Shown: positions 1 through 19,928 of the stretch, piece by piece
Numbering within the stretch: the first letter of the stretch is position 1
How the letters are laid out: every line of letters starts with the position of its first letter
Source: Chromera velia
Lineage: Eukaryota
Assembly: GCA_018398765.1 (NCBI GenBank)
Contig: JAHBMJ010000509.1
Location: 1 to 45,505 of the forward strand
Direction: 5' to 3'
DNA length: 45,505 nucleotides
Translations under genes and position numbers: made by a program
Notes under the pieces: model-generated
The model's database searches: none
Told to the model about the DNA's origin: nothing
What the model saw: the letters and a program-made list of their open reading frames with translations, nothing else

Positions 1-288
1 GGGGGGGGAGAGAAATATAAAAAGAGCATGAGAAAGAGAAAGAAGGGGGAGGGGGGAAGAGTGCCAAGAAGAAATGGCGACAGACAGAAGAGCACCGCAT
101 CTTTATACCCACGCACCCTCCAACCAACTGACCGACCGACCTGTTTGTAGTCTCCTTCCCGTCTCCCGACATGCTCAGAGCCTTCACGAGTCCCTCAAGA
201 CTCCACTCATCTCCCCCCGCCTGCTGCTGTTGAGAGGGGGCAGAAGAGGAGGCAGTGGTGTGCGATGCGCTCAAGGTGTTGTCGAGCA

Positions 289-1509
289 CTAAAGGCTGAA
301 TGGAGGGGTTCCATCCCGGGGGGGGTTGCAGGAGGTTCGGCTGGGTCGTCGGGGTCGTGCTGGTACTCCCAGGGATGATGAAGATGGGACGGGGGGGGGA
401 GCGGGTGCTCCACTGATGGCACACAGTTGAAGGGGGAATTTGACCTTTGCGTCGTTGATACAGAAAGGGGTCTTCAGAACGACATGGGCTTTGTGGAAGA
501 TCTCCACGAGGTTTCCTTTGTATGTCTGGAGTGCGTAGGGGTTGAGATGAACATCCAGGCGGGGACATTGGCCGGACTGAAGCTGCTGGTAGATATCCTG
601 GAGGAGGGCGGTTGCAACCAGGTCTCTGGACTTGGCGCTCTGCTTCTTCTGCAACTTGGCAGTGACAGCGCCCAGCTTTTCTCCTGGGACTCTGACCTCC
701 CCAACCTCCGTCTTGACCTCTCCTTTCTTTCCCTGGGCCTTAATCTTCACGTGCTGCTTGACGACGACCTCGAGGCTCTCCAGGTTCACCGTCGACTGGT
801 TCTTGAATGCGACTTGAGCAGAGAACACTTGGCCAGGCTGCAACAAAACCGGGTCGCTCTTTGCCCCCAGACACACAAACCCCCTGTTGATACAGCAACA
901 TGCGTTGACATTCTGGGTGTCGGGCTCAACGAAATGGGAGGGGATGCGCTCGACATTCTTGGGCAGGGCAAGGACTCTGAGGTCGGTCTTGCACATGAGC
1001 GTATCCTTTTTCGAAGGGTTCTTGAGCTCAAACACCTGCTTCCAGTCCCCGTGGGGGGCAACGAGAAAGACACCTGCCTTGTAGCCAATCTCAAAGGACT
1101 GCTTGTCGTAACCTCTTCCGGGTTCTCTCGAAACGTTGTGCTGGCTGCGCCCCTCATGAAGAAAGGTGAGGGAAGAAGAAAGGTCGGAGGGCAACTGCAC
1201 TTGGAAGGGAAACTCGTACTGGCCTGGGGGGAGAAGGCCGTTGGCCGGGCTGAACACAGGCAGAGAGATCTTCAAGAAGACCTGCTGGTCACGTGCACTC
1301 CGTCTTTCCAAGTGCTTACTGTCCCCACTCCCCACCTCCTCCTGCCATTCAAGATAGGTAGTCTCTTTGCCCTGCAACTCGACTCTGATGCACGAGACGG
1401 GCGTCTCCTTTGAGCACTGGCAGTAGACAGTTCCCTGCACAGTGTCACCGGCAACATACGTCTCCTGGTTGAGCCTGATGCCCATGTAGATCGAACTGGA
1501 ACCCCCCAT
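289..1509 (-). CDS. Arrestin-fold (alpha-arrestin-like, arrestin_N/C) protein, intronless; C-terminus possibly frameshifted
   Basis: ATG at 1509 (MGGSSSIYMGIRLNQETYVAGDTVQGTV). Arrestin-type motifs IRVELQGKE, LPPGQYEFPFQVQLPSDLSSS, C-domain FKNQSTVNL...VKQHV, TYKGNLVEI and a Pro-rich tail. Confidence 0.85.
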   Translation of the reverse strand: MGGSSSIYMGIRLNQETYVAGDTVQGTVYCQCSKETPVSCIRVELQGKETTYLEWQEEVGSGDSKHLERRSARDQQVFLKISLPVFSPANGLLPPGQYEFPFQVQLPSDLSSSLTFLHEGRSQHNVSREPGRGYDKQSFEIGYKAGVFLVAPHGDWKQVFELKNPSKKDTLMCKTDLRVLALPKNVERIPSHFVEPDTQNVNACCCINRGFVCLGAKSDPVLLQPGQVFSAQVAFKNQSTVNLESLEVVVKQHVKIKAQGKKGEVKTEVGEVRVPGEKLGAVTAKLQKKQSAKSRDLVATALLQDIYQQLQSGQCPRLDVHLNPYALQTYKGNLVEIFHKAHVVLKTPFCINDAKVKFPLQLCAISGAPAPPPVPSSSSLGVPARPRRPSRTSCNPPRDGTPPFSL

Positions 1510-2390
1510 AGCTTCAATCAACCTCCTCTGCTGTGGTACACCAGTGAAGGAAAGTGAGACAGACGAGAGACAAAGACACTTAAACAACTAACTTCTCGGA
1601 GACAAAGCCGATCCACGCAAGCACACACAGTTGGTGGACGAACTCTCTGGTATCTTCGAAAGCAGCACACAGCTACACACAGCAACCGGGCAGGTAACCG
1701 AAGTATGGAGATGCATATATATGTGGAGAATAGATCGCGTACACGCGGTGAATCCGGGTGAATCTGTTCCATCGGTGTGCCAGATGCCTGCAACAGTGCA
1801 ACATGCATGCAGATTCCCCCGCGCGCAGCTGCATGGCAGGCTGGCGGGCCGTGCATTATATGGCCTGTTTCACCATGTTTCACCATGCATTGAACTGTTG
1901 TTCAGAATGCGTGTGTCCCGGCCCAACCGGCTATAACCGGCTCCATTTGAGGGTCAATGCGCACGCGGAAAGGTGGATGGACGGGATGCACATGCAGAGG
2001 TCTGCGTTGCGTGCATTCGGTGGCGTAGATGGGCATTCCACAAGCTTGTCAGTTGACAAACGGGTCTTTCCTCCTGCCCCTATATATATAGGTGCGAATG
2101 GAGTTTCCTACTTTGCGGTACGTGTGCTTCATGAGCAAATCGTAACCGTCGCACGTGTCAATACTGAAGTGACCCTAGCTTTTGTGACTCCAGCCTTATT
2201 TCGGGTGCTCTTTCTGGGAAAGCGCAGAGCCTCTCGAGCTTTGGCCGCTTTTGGCTTTGGTGACTCTCCGGTCTTTGTCAGTCGTTGATACGGAGTGTCC
2301 AGGATGCACACGCAGGTCAGTATGCTTCTGCTGCCGTGGAGGAGCTGAGGACACCGGAGTACTGTAGTCTCGATCGCTGTACGCATCAGC

Positions 2391-11274
<8,884 letters not shown>

Positions 11275-12131
11275 AAGAATCCCTTGTGTGTTTGGGGTTC
11301 TAGAATTTTTAATGCACTTGTTGCAGGGATCTTCAATTCCTGCAGCAGTAAAGGGTTCCTTCCGTTTTGCGTAATGTTTCTTTCTATTTCTGGTCCGTTT
11401 TGTGTGCGTTTCAATCCATCGTACTCAATATGCCCTCATGTGCGTGGGCCTCTTTTGGCATCTCGGAGACTCTGTAGTGCCACCTGAATCATCATGGTGT
11501 TCCCAATGCTTCTGTCTGCAGCGTGTTGCGAAAGTTGAAAGACGAAAGAAGCTCTTTGCGCCTGTTCGGGGAACCGCCATGAACCGGGAGAACGGCAGTT
11601 CGATCCGAAACGGGCTGCACGACGGTTCGATCGATGGATCATTATTGGCGATTTTGCAAAGCGTGGGTGTCGGTGTTGGAAGAGTTCTTTCCCTTCTCCC
11701 TATCTCTGTCAAAGCACTTTTTCATTCAAAGGAGGGTTCCTGTTCAGGCTTGAAAACGGCCTTTCTTTGTGAGGCCGTTTGAAAGTAAACGTTTACAAAC
11801 TGTTATGTACCTTAGTGCAAAAAACTTTTGAAAAAACAAGTATCTGTTATAATGATTATGCGGACATAAATCTAGATATAAATACAACAATTAAGTGACA
11901 TCTCTAATACACTCTATGCAAGACTCTATGTAGACACTAAGACTCACGATGCATAAAATTTTAATAATGACCTGTTAGTACCTCTTAGGAACTCTTGCAT
12001 ATCAGTCATGTTTATTTAGGTGGTCATTATACCTTAAAAGCCTAGTTAAAAGCTATTATAATTTATGGACAGAAATTATATAACTTACTTTTAAATTTAG
12101 TGTAAAGTTTTATTCACGTACAGTTTTACTG

Positions 12132-12506
12132 CTAAGTGTCGACAGCTAGGTCAGCAGCACGGTTGGCTAAAGGAAAACGTAGAAGAAAAAAAAAAAACTT
12201 TAAAACTATCAGAAGTTTTTTTTTTTTCTTTTTTACTTTTCTAGACTAAATTCTAGTTACTTTTTGACCCTGCAGGAACAACTTGAACACTTAACAACAC
12301 TTATACAACATATGAACAATTAATTTGAACATTTATACGACGTTCTAGGCTAGGTTTTAAGCAATGTTTGAACCTAGGTTTGAAGAACAATTGCTAGAAC
12401 ACCTGTTTTATACTATAGGTTTTATACTGTATATTAAAAAACTTAAAAAAATACATATAAAGAGTTCTGGAAGAATTTTTTTTTTTTTTAACCGGTCGAC
12501 GCCCAG
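12132..12506. mobile_element. Non-autonomous TIR element (MITE), CTRGGC-end family, 375 bp
   Basis: Ends CTAAGTGTCGAC / GTCGACGCCCAG are inverted copies differing by 3 transitions. Perfect 8-bp TSD TTTTACTG at 12124-12131 and 12507-12514. Subterminal A-tract/T-tract hairpins. Confidence 0.75.
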
Positions 12507-13208
12507 TTTTACTGTTGTAAACTCAGAGCTAGTAGTTGAACATTGACCTGGTAGATGACTTAATTGAGTGGATATACTCTAGTGATATACTAGTCCGTCA
12601 TTGGCCCCGTCAAAGCAGCTGTCGCAATTCTGCCAACCCCCCTGAATTGACAGCTCAGAGATGGTTTCATACCTAGATTCATACACCCATCCCAGCCTCA
12701 GCTCCGTGGATGGCGAGAAGCTTTCATTTTCCTGATCGATTGGCAAGTCCCACCAGCCCCTCACCGCATCCAGTCAATCCGATCGCTCTTCGCAACTCGC
12801 AACTGCAAACCTCAAAATCGAACCAAGCAAAGCGAAAGGACGGAAAATAGGCACGCATAGTCAGACACAACACAAGAGACCAGCAACAAACACACAAACA
12901 TAATCATCAATCGACCAACTGCTTGCAGCCCTCCATATTTCTTTTGCCTCGTTTCACGAAAGGCTTCTCAAAGAGGGTAGTAGGTGAAGTTTTTGCAGAA
13001 GCATGAACATGGCTTGGTTCCAATTTAGTGTAATTCCGACGGGTTAGAGCTTGTGCAGCAAGAGGAAGTCGGATGAGGGGGTGACTGAATTCAGACTGTG
13101 CATGTGCTGCGTGAGACAAAACAAGAGCCAGACCGAATATTGCACCAATTTCAAGCACAGTGACAGATTCACCTGAAAAAGAAACGATTCCCGCACTGGC
13201 ACACATCC

Positions 13209-16200
13209 TTACTCCAGATTCCTCAACCTCACTGCCTTGTACAGGACACCTGCAAGCACAGATGATGTCATCTGGCAAGGTAGCAGAAGGAAGTTCTTGG
13301 ACACACTCACAAACGAGCGGAACGCCCACCCGTACAAGCCAGCTGCCAGTGTACGACGGGCAGCAATAGTGCTGAAGACCGAGAAAGCCACAAGCGATGG
13401 CAGCAAATCCCAAAAAAATGGAGACAACAACGGCCACCCGACACTCCCCAACCACTTTGAAACCTTGTCCTCTGTTCTCTTTGGCAGCTTGGTATCCCTG
13501 ATTTGTTTCTGGACTTCAGGAATTCCTCGCAATCCCGCCATCCATCCACAGCGCAGCTCCTCAAGCACACGTCCACAGGCCAACGCGAACAGCATTGGGT
13601 GCTGATGCGCGAGCTTTGCTACGTCCACTCGAACTGCTGCACCAGCTCTGGTCAGAAGTCTTCCAAAGAGATGCAGCCCCTGCTGAAGAGACGCAAGGAA
13701 ATGTCCGCAAGCGGTTTGCTGCTGTGTGGGAGAAGAGACTTTTGTGCGTACACACACACAGGCAAAGATCCCCAGTCCCAAAAAAACGTATGTGGTGACA
13801 TTGCAGGGGCGAGGCCAAATTTTTTCAGGCAGTAGGCTGCCAACCTCGCATGCCACCTCGACAGCTTTTGCTTTCAGACGGTGCGCGTGACCTTGTGCGC
13901 AGCGCCTGCAGACTCTGGGCGGCAACCCCGAGTCTTTGGCTGGGCAGACCAATGAAACGCACTGCCAGCCTGAAGCCCACGGGCCGGCGTGCCCACCCCT
14001 CTTTCCCTCACAAATGTGGCACTTCCAGTCCACCAGATCGGCGAAGGGCTGCATCGGCTGCCCGCAAGAGCACGCGGGTTGTAGCAGCCTTCGAAAGGTG
14101 GATTGACTCTCCAAAGGGTAGTACAGCACCCGGAGAGGAACGGGGTCGGCAGAGGTTAGCAGAGAGGCAAAAGGGGAACCTAACCCCGGCACATAGCCAG
14201 TGGTACTTTGCCCATCAACCTCAAGCACCCAGAGGCCTGCAAGGCGTCGGGGTTCTCCGACAAGCCAGGGGCCCGGACCAGGGAACAATCGCACTCCCTC
14301 TAATTTGGGTCTGCAGGTCACCGAACGGATAAGCTCCGGTCGTGCTACTGCCCGAGCGCCCACCACTCCAAGCTCCTCTGCTGTTTTCTCTGCCCTTAAT
14401 AAAAAGACGCCCAACAGCCGCCTCGAAACTTCTAGTCTCTTGACTAACTCAACAATTTGGGGATGTGGGGCGGAGTTACCCTGTCCATGAGGGGAAAGCT
14501 GGAAAACTCCTCCTGGGCCCTCCCAGCGAAAGAGCGATACAGCAGAGTCGAGTATGCTGAAATCCGTCCCTGATCCCCGCTCTTTCGCAACCAGCGCTGA
14601 TGTGTAGATGAGCATCGCATCCCCCAGGGTGCTGAGCGGGAAACCGCTGCAAAGCCGCACAAAATCCGGGGGGATCTGTGACAAGAAGTCGCACATCAGA
14701 CCTATGAGCCGCAGCATGGTGACCGGGTCAAACGATTCCATGATCCTGCCGAGGCGTATGGTCCCGAAGAAGCCCCATCTGTCCAATGCAAATTGTTCAG
14801 CAATATTTGAATCTAACTCTAAGGCACGCGTGTTGACAGACGCAACCAAAAGTGAGCTGTCCATCGACAGCGCCTCGCCGAGTTGTTTGCTCAGCTCTCC
14901 CTCAAAAGAACTTCGACCCTCCCGCCCCTCCCCGTACAGGAGTCGGGCAACATCCTCGAAGTCCAAGCTGTCGCGTTGGATGCCCCACTTCAACACTCTC
15001 TTGTGGAGTTGTGCGGGACGTTCATCATCCCGCCGCCGAGCCACAAAAAGCTCTCGAATTTGGTCAATGTCCAGGTTTCGAATGCCTTGAAGAACAGAGT
15101 CAGATGGTGGCGCCGCAGAGGCCACCGCCGATGAGCCTGCGCACCAGGAGCGGCAAACGCATGCTATCTCGAATTTCACACTTCGCTCAAGCGGGCAAGG
15201 AGAGACTGTGACAGCGGACACTTCCATTAGACTGAGAAATTTCTGGAGCACTCACAAGAACATGATTCACGGTCAGGAAGGAAAGGGCCGCAGCGAAATC
15301 CGATTCGAAAGCACTGACCATCCGAGGAGTCAGACGATGAGTCATTGGGTGTTGAACTTGAGTTAGAGTCGAGGTCAATGCTGGAGGTCTTCGCACTCAA
15401 GCCTGCAAATCAGGACAGGGGAACAGACCAACAAGCTGAGCAGAGAACGAAGAGGGGCTCTGCAAAAAGACGTTTTGAAGCGAAACACCTGAGTTCAATG
15501 GGAATGCCTGAAGCATGACTGTGTCTCTGTCCAAGTCCGTCTGAATGTAAGTCTGACTCGATGTTTCTCTGGGCCTGTCCCGCCCTCTCTATCTCTCTCT
15601 CTCCCCCTCCCTCCCTCGCTCTCCCCCTCCCCCCCCCTCACGTCCCAAGGCACCTACCTTCGGAGACAGTGGACGCAGAGTCACTTTGCTCCTCGGATTC
15701 CAGCTCCATCCCCCTTTCCGCGCCTCCGTCAGAATTGACTGCGTCAGCGTCACCAGAGTGTGACATCAGGATGCCCACGTCTTGCTGTGAGGTCACCTCA
15801 AAGAACTTGCCCTCCTTGACCAGTCGTATACCCCCGTCCTGCTCAGAAACCAGGATGGCAACGAGCCCTGGATAGGAAGCAGTGGTTTGCCTCATGGAAA
15901 GGTGCCGCAGGCCATGGCTCCCCGGATCTTGCCCAGGAATGCAGGGAAGGGGGACTTTCGCGTGAAGACGACCGTTCACGATGAACAGAACTCCATCATG
16001 AAGAGGACTCTCCTTGTCGAACAGCCTCACTAGCGCATCCACCGAAACCTCAATACTTAGGGGCCGTCCAGCTTCCAGCCACGGCTTCACCAGGTCAGCA
16101 TCAGATCGCACAAGGACGATACTACATCCTGTCTTCGTGGTTGACATCTCAGAGGCAGCAGCAAAGATGGTTTTGAGGTGCACCATGAACCCATCAGCCG

Positions 16201-16558
16201 AGCCGCTCGAGGACCTCCCTTCTACTATTTCCGCCATTCGAATACTCAAACGAGCACCGGCATCCACCATCTCGCGGTGAGCCAACTCTTCCGTAGAGTA
16301 GCTCTCACGGGCTGGGAAACTGTGAAGCTCAGTAGACACTGCTCGACGAAAAATGTGCCCCAAAGCATGCCCACTGCTGTTAGTAATAGAGATCGATGTT
16401 TTCAACGCTGCTTGCAAATCGCTGTTCGGGCAAAACATTGACAAGATACCTGGCACTCCTTCTTGGGAACCAGGATTGCGAACACTCCACGAAACTTGCG
16501 TCCAAAACTTCCAGGAACCTTCGACTTCGAGCACTCGGTCCGGCTTCTGCGAATCCAT
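13209..16558 (-). CDS. Diadenylate cyclase (DAC/DisA_N, CdaA-like) domain protein, ~929 aa, with Cys-rich zinc-finger-like region and hydrophobic C-terminus
   Basis: Exons 16558-15658, 15402-15319, 15136-13845, 13721-13209 join in phase with GT-AG introns. The DAC domain (~16177-15764) reads IFAAASEMSTTKTGCSIVLVR...LEAGRPLSIEVSVDALVRLFDKESPLHDGVLFIVNGR...LP...HGLRHLSM...ILVSEQDGGIRLVKEG. This matches the CdaA pattern GALIV...SPLHDGAVII...GTRHRAA...VVSEETGxIS. The extreme C-terminus is uncertain (possible small intron 13310-13250). Confidence 0.85.
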
Positions 16559-17176
16559 TCTTCGAGAAAGTGGCTTCTCATGCAGTCAGCAGGTGGAAGC
16601 GAGGATATGCACAGACTTCCACGAATACTGAGCGAAAGGGTCTCCGATTCAAGACTCCGAGCATCTCCGAGAGCATGTACAATCAGTACAAACCTGTGGA
16701 GGCGTACGTACTGCTTATCAGATGAACATCCTTCGAACAGTCCAGTTTTCTCCCGAGTGACCGAGTCCCGACTGGCTGGCCGCGGTTTTGATTTCAGTGC
16801 ATGGCGTCAACCTGACAAAACGCAATGCATACGGGGCGGCGCGCAATGCGCGCGCGTTGTTTGGATTGGACCGTCGATTATCTGATGATGCAGTGGCAGA
16901 TGCACTGCCTTCTGGGCTCAGTTGGCTGAGTGGGCTCTGGATTTCTCAACTTGAACGGTGGATGACCTGGTGAGCAACACGTGAAAGAAGAGTGTCTCGT
17001 GACTGCCCTTTGAGTAGCGCACAGCTGCTCCGCTACGATCAAGGGAACACAATCTGTCTCGCAGTGGAATCTTTGACTGACCTTGATTTGTGATCCAAGT
17101 ATATCCAAGTAAATTTTCTGTAGCTCGGCCTTCACAGTTCCACTCAGACTTGGCCGGTACCTTTTTGCCTTGAACC

Positions 17177-18667
17177 ATGACTCTGCCGTCAGCTGCTTCT
17201 CCCTCAGCTCGCTCTTCTTCCAAATCTCTCGGGACCACAGGACCAACAGCGGACCCTGTCAGGACAACACCCCCCTGCAAAGAGGTTGTTGAGTCTCCAT
17301 CAGGGGAAGGGTCCCTGGCACTCCCCGAGGATTCTCCTTCGTCCCCCTCCAGATTTCAGTTGACGCCCATGATTCTGCAGAATGTGCGAAGATTCAGACC
17401 CGTCTCTGCGGAGTTTTTGAAAAGGATGGTGAAGTGCCGGTGGTCAGGTGAAGCGGAAGACGAAAAGCATGAGAGAAGTGTCAACCTGCTGCTGCTTCTC
17501 CGCGTCGGTGCCGATGTGAACGGCTCATTAGACATTCCTTCCTCCGACGTGTCTTCCTGGATGAGGCCTGCGTGCCTCCTCGGGGGCCCTAAAGAGTCCA
17601 TTTTGCACTTCGCAGCTAGAAGAGGGGACACCGTAGCCGTCTCCACTCTGCTGTCCCTCGGTGTTGCAGTGAACAGAAGCACACCGGGGGGGTTCACGGC
17701 TCTGTTTGCGGGAGCTGCAGAGGGACATGCGGAGGCAGTGAAGATTCTTTTGCGCGCGGGGGCAGACGCGCGCATCCAGAGCAACTGGGGGTGGAGTGCT
17801 CTGCTTGTTGCGTCGTCTTCCGGGCAGACGGCTGTTGTGAGGGAGATAGTGAGCGTCGAGAAGGGGAAGGGGAACATTGCCGAACTGCTTGAAGCTCAGG
17901 GGGCCGGTTTCGGCTTTGAGGGCACCACTGCTCTCATGGTGGCTTCTGGGAGGGGTCATCTTGATGTGGTCAGGGTCCTGATTGAGGCAGGGGCCCTTGT
18001 AGACGCGGTAGACAGACGGGGGTGGACTCCACTGCATACTGCGTCGTTCAAGGGAAATGTGGATGTGGTCCTAGAGTTACTGCAGTGTGGAGCGTCTGTC
18101 AATCAGGGTTGCACAGGGAGCATTGGGGAGGTGAATGGGACATCTGTGGGTTGGGTGTCCGGGCGCACGCCTCTGATGGCCGCGTCCTTCAAAGGCTATA
18201 CGGAGATTGTGGTTGCCCTCATAAAGGCAGACGCGGACGTGGAAGCAAAAGACCATTGGGGGGAGACTGCACTCATCAGAGGGGCACGGCAGGGCAGTAC
18301 CGGTGCTGTGCGGGCACTCTTGAGCGCAGGGGCAGATCCGAATGTGCGGACTAGAAGTCTGTATGGGGGCTGCATTGCTCTCGTTCTGGCTGCCCGTGGG
18401 GGACATGTGGAGGTTGTGAGGGCTCTTCTTGAGTCCAACGCTGGAGTGAACAACCAGGAGAAAGATCGCAGGATGGCGTTGGAGGCAGCCTCCGAGAGGG
18501 GGCACGTGGAGGTTGTGAAGACGATGCTCGAGGCAGGGGTGACAGATGATCCCCTCGGGCAGCCGGCTTTGGAGGCAGCATCACGAGAGGGGCACACTGC
18601 GGTTGTGCAGGTTTTGGAAAAAGGGAATTTCCCGCTTGGACACGTACCACGCAAGCTAAGCAAATGA
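17177..18667 (+). CDS. Ankyrin-repeat protein, 496 aa, intronless
   Basis: About ten ankyrin repeats, e.g. GFTALFAGAAEGHAEAVKILLRAGAD, GTTALMVASGRGHLDVVRVLIEAGA, GWTPLHTASFKGNVDVVLELLQCGA. Confidence 0.95.
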   Translation: MTLPSAASPSARSSSKSLGTTGPTADPVRTTPPCKEVVESPSGEGSLALPEDSPSSPSRFQLTPMILQNVRRFRPVSAEFLKRMVKCRWSGEAEDEKHERSVNLLLLLRVGADVNGSLDIPSSDVSSWMRPACLLGGPKESILHFAARRGDTVAVSTLLSLGVAVNRSTPGGFTALFAGAAEGHAEAVKILLRAGADARIQSNWGWSALLVASSSGQTAVVREIVSVEKGKGNIAELLEAQGAGFGFEGTTALMVASGRGHLDVVRVLIEAGALVDAVDRRGWTPLHTASFKGNVDVVLELLQCGASVNQGCTGSIGEVNGTSVGWVSGRTPLMAASFKGYTEIVVALIKADADVEAKDHWGETALIRGARQGSTGAVRALLSAGADPNVRTRSLYGGCIALVLAARGGHVEVVRALLESNAGVNNQEKDRRMALEAASERGHVEVVKTMLEAGVTDDPLGQPALEAASREGHTAVVQVLEKGNFPLGHVPRKLSK

Positions 18668-18861
18668 GCGCCTTGTGTAGCGTCTCAATTAGTCTTCATA
18701 TATCTTAATGTGATTGAGTTGATCGTGATCGTCGATACATTAACAAATGATTATCTCAGAATTGAACCTTCAAGCAACTATCAGGCGAAGTCTAGGGCTA
18801 AGTCACTACGGTTAGCCAGAACAGATGATCATTGTGCGGATTTCTCTTAGTGATCGATAGC

Positions 18862-19928
18862 CTAGGCGACGCACAGTGGTAAAAAAAAAAAAAAAATCTG
18901 AAAACGTCTATTCTTTTTTTTTTATTATTTAAAATTTTATTGTATATATGTTTAAAAAAAATAAAGGTTAAATAACTAGCTTCAACTAGAGTTTGAATCA
19001 TATCTAGAATCTCAGTTTCACTTTTAGCTTAGTAGACGCTTAAAAGGATTGACCAAAACTAGCTTCGACTAGAGTTTCGAAATGTATATCGTCCTAGATA
19101 TCGTTAAAGAGCCAGTTAAAGAACTTTTCCTCTGTCTGCTCTTCTGTCTGCATCCATGCATCCATCCTTCTTGTCACTCTTTGCATAGGACAAAAGAGAG
19201 CCCCCTTTTCCCTTCATCCGCCTGCTCGCCTTTGTCCCTGTAATCCCCTTTTGCGATGGTCACTGCGTGCAGTGCCATATACGCAGACTTCATTCATTTT
19301 TCAATTAGTATGAATGGTGAAACGACAGACCGGATCACTCGCTCTGTCTCCCTCATCTCTCACACTCAGTTGGTCCATCACTTAGTCCATCACCCGGCAT
19401 CCCTCAGAGGAGGGAAGCAAGAAAGACGTCAAATATATCTGAGAGAACCACCACAGACGTATGTGTATGTGTGTGCGTCTTTGTGTCTATGTTTATCTAA
19501 CTGATAGCGCCTCTCAGATGAATACGCGGACCGTCTGAAATGAACACACAAAACAAAGGAAGCGAAAGCAGGAGCAAAGACCACCATATTTACCTAATCT
19601 TCGTGATGGCCTTGTAATCACTCAGGAGGTCAGCAATGCGAATTGTCTGGCTTCCGTCCTCCTCACACTAGTAGAGACACTAGTAGAGATAAACGTATAA
19701 TAATAACTAGCCTGAGGACTAGAACTAGGGTTAAAACTAGGGTTGAAAGATGTTTAAAACTTTGAGTTGAGTAATAAGTTCGCAAGGAAGTTAGTTTAAA
19801 AGTAGTTCTAAAAGGTGCTCCTCTAGGTACTCCTAGAGGTGCTCTAGGAAATCCTTCGTAGAAAAAAAGAAAAAAAAAAAATCTGGAAAGGTCTATTTTT
19901 TTTTTTTTTACCACTGTGTGTCGCCTAG
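18862..19928. mobile_element. CTAGGC-end TIR element, 1067 bp, with an internal segment of host-like composition
   Basis: TIR CTAGGCGAC(G/A)CACAGTGGT followed by an A-tract at both ends. 8-bp TSD TCGATAGC (18854-18861) / CCGATAGC (19929-19936). Confidence 0.85.

Noticed and set aside
427..1413. 328-aa plus-strand ORF; likewise 21727-22857(-), 27122-28162(+) and 26300-27061(+)
   Set aside because: Antisense shadows of real genes or their introns, with no recognisable motifs.
12907..13455. 182-aa hydrophobic minus-strand ORF overlapping the DAC gene end
   Set aside because: An alternative frame over the last exon and 3' UTR, with no phase-consistent splice into it found.
15638..16558. Bacterial contamination as the source of the DAC ORF
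   Set aside because: The ORF ends at a canonical AAG|GTAGGT donor followed by a GA-repeat intron and splices in phase to downstream exons; there is no operon context.
11783..19928. One large transposon carrying the DAC and ankyrin genes
   Set aside because: The flanking elements each close with their own TIRs and TSDs; no enclosing pair was found.
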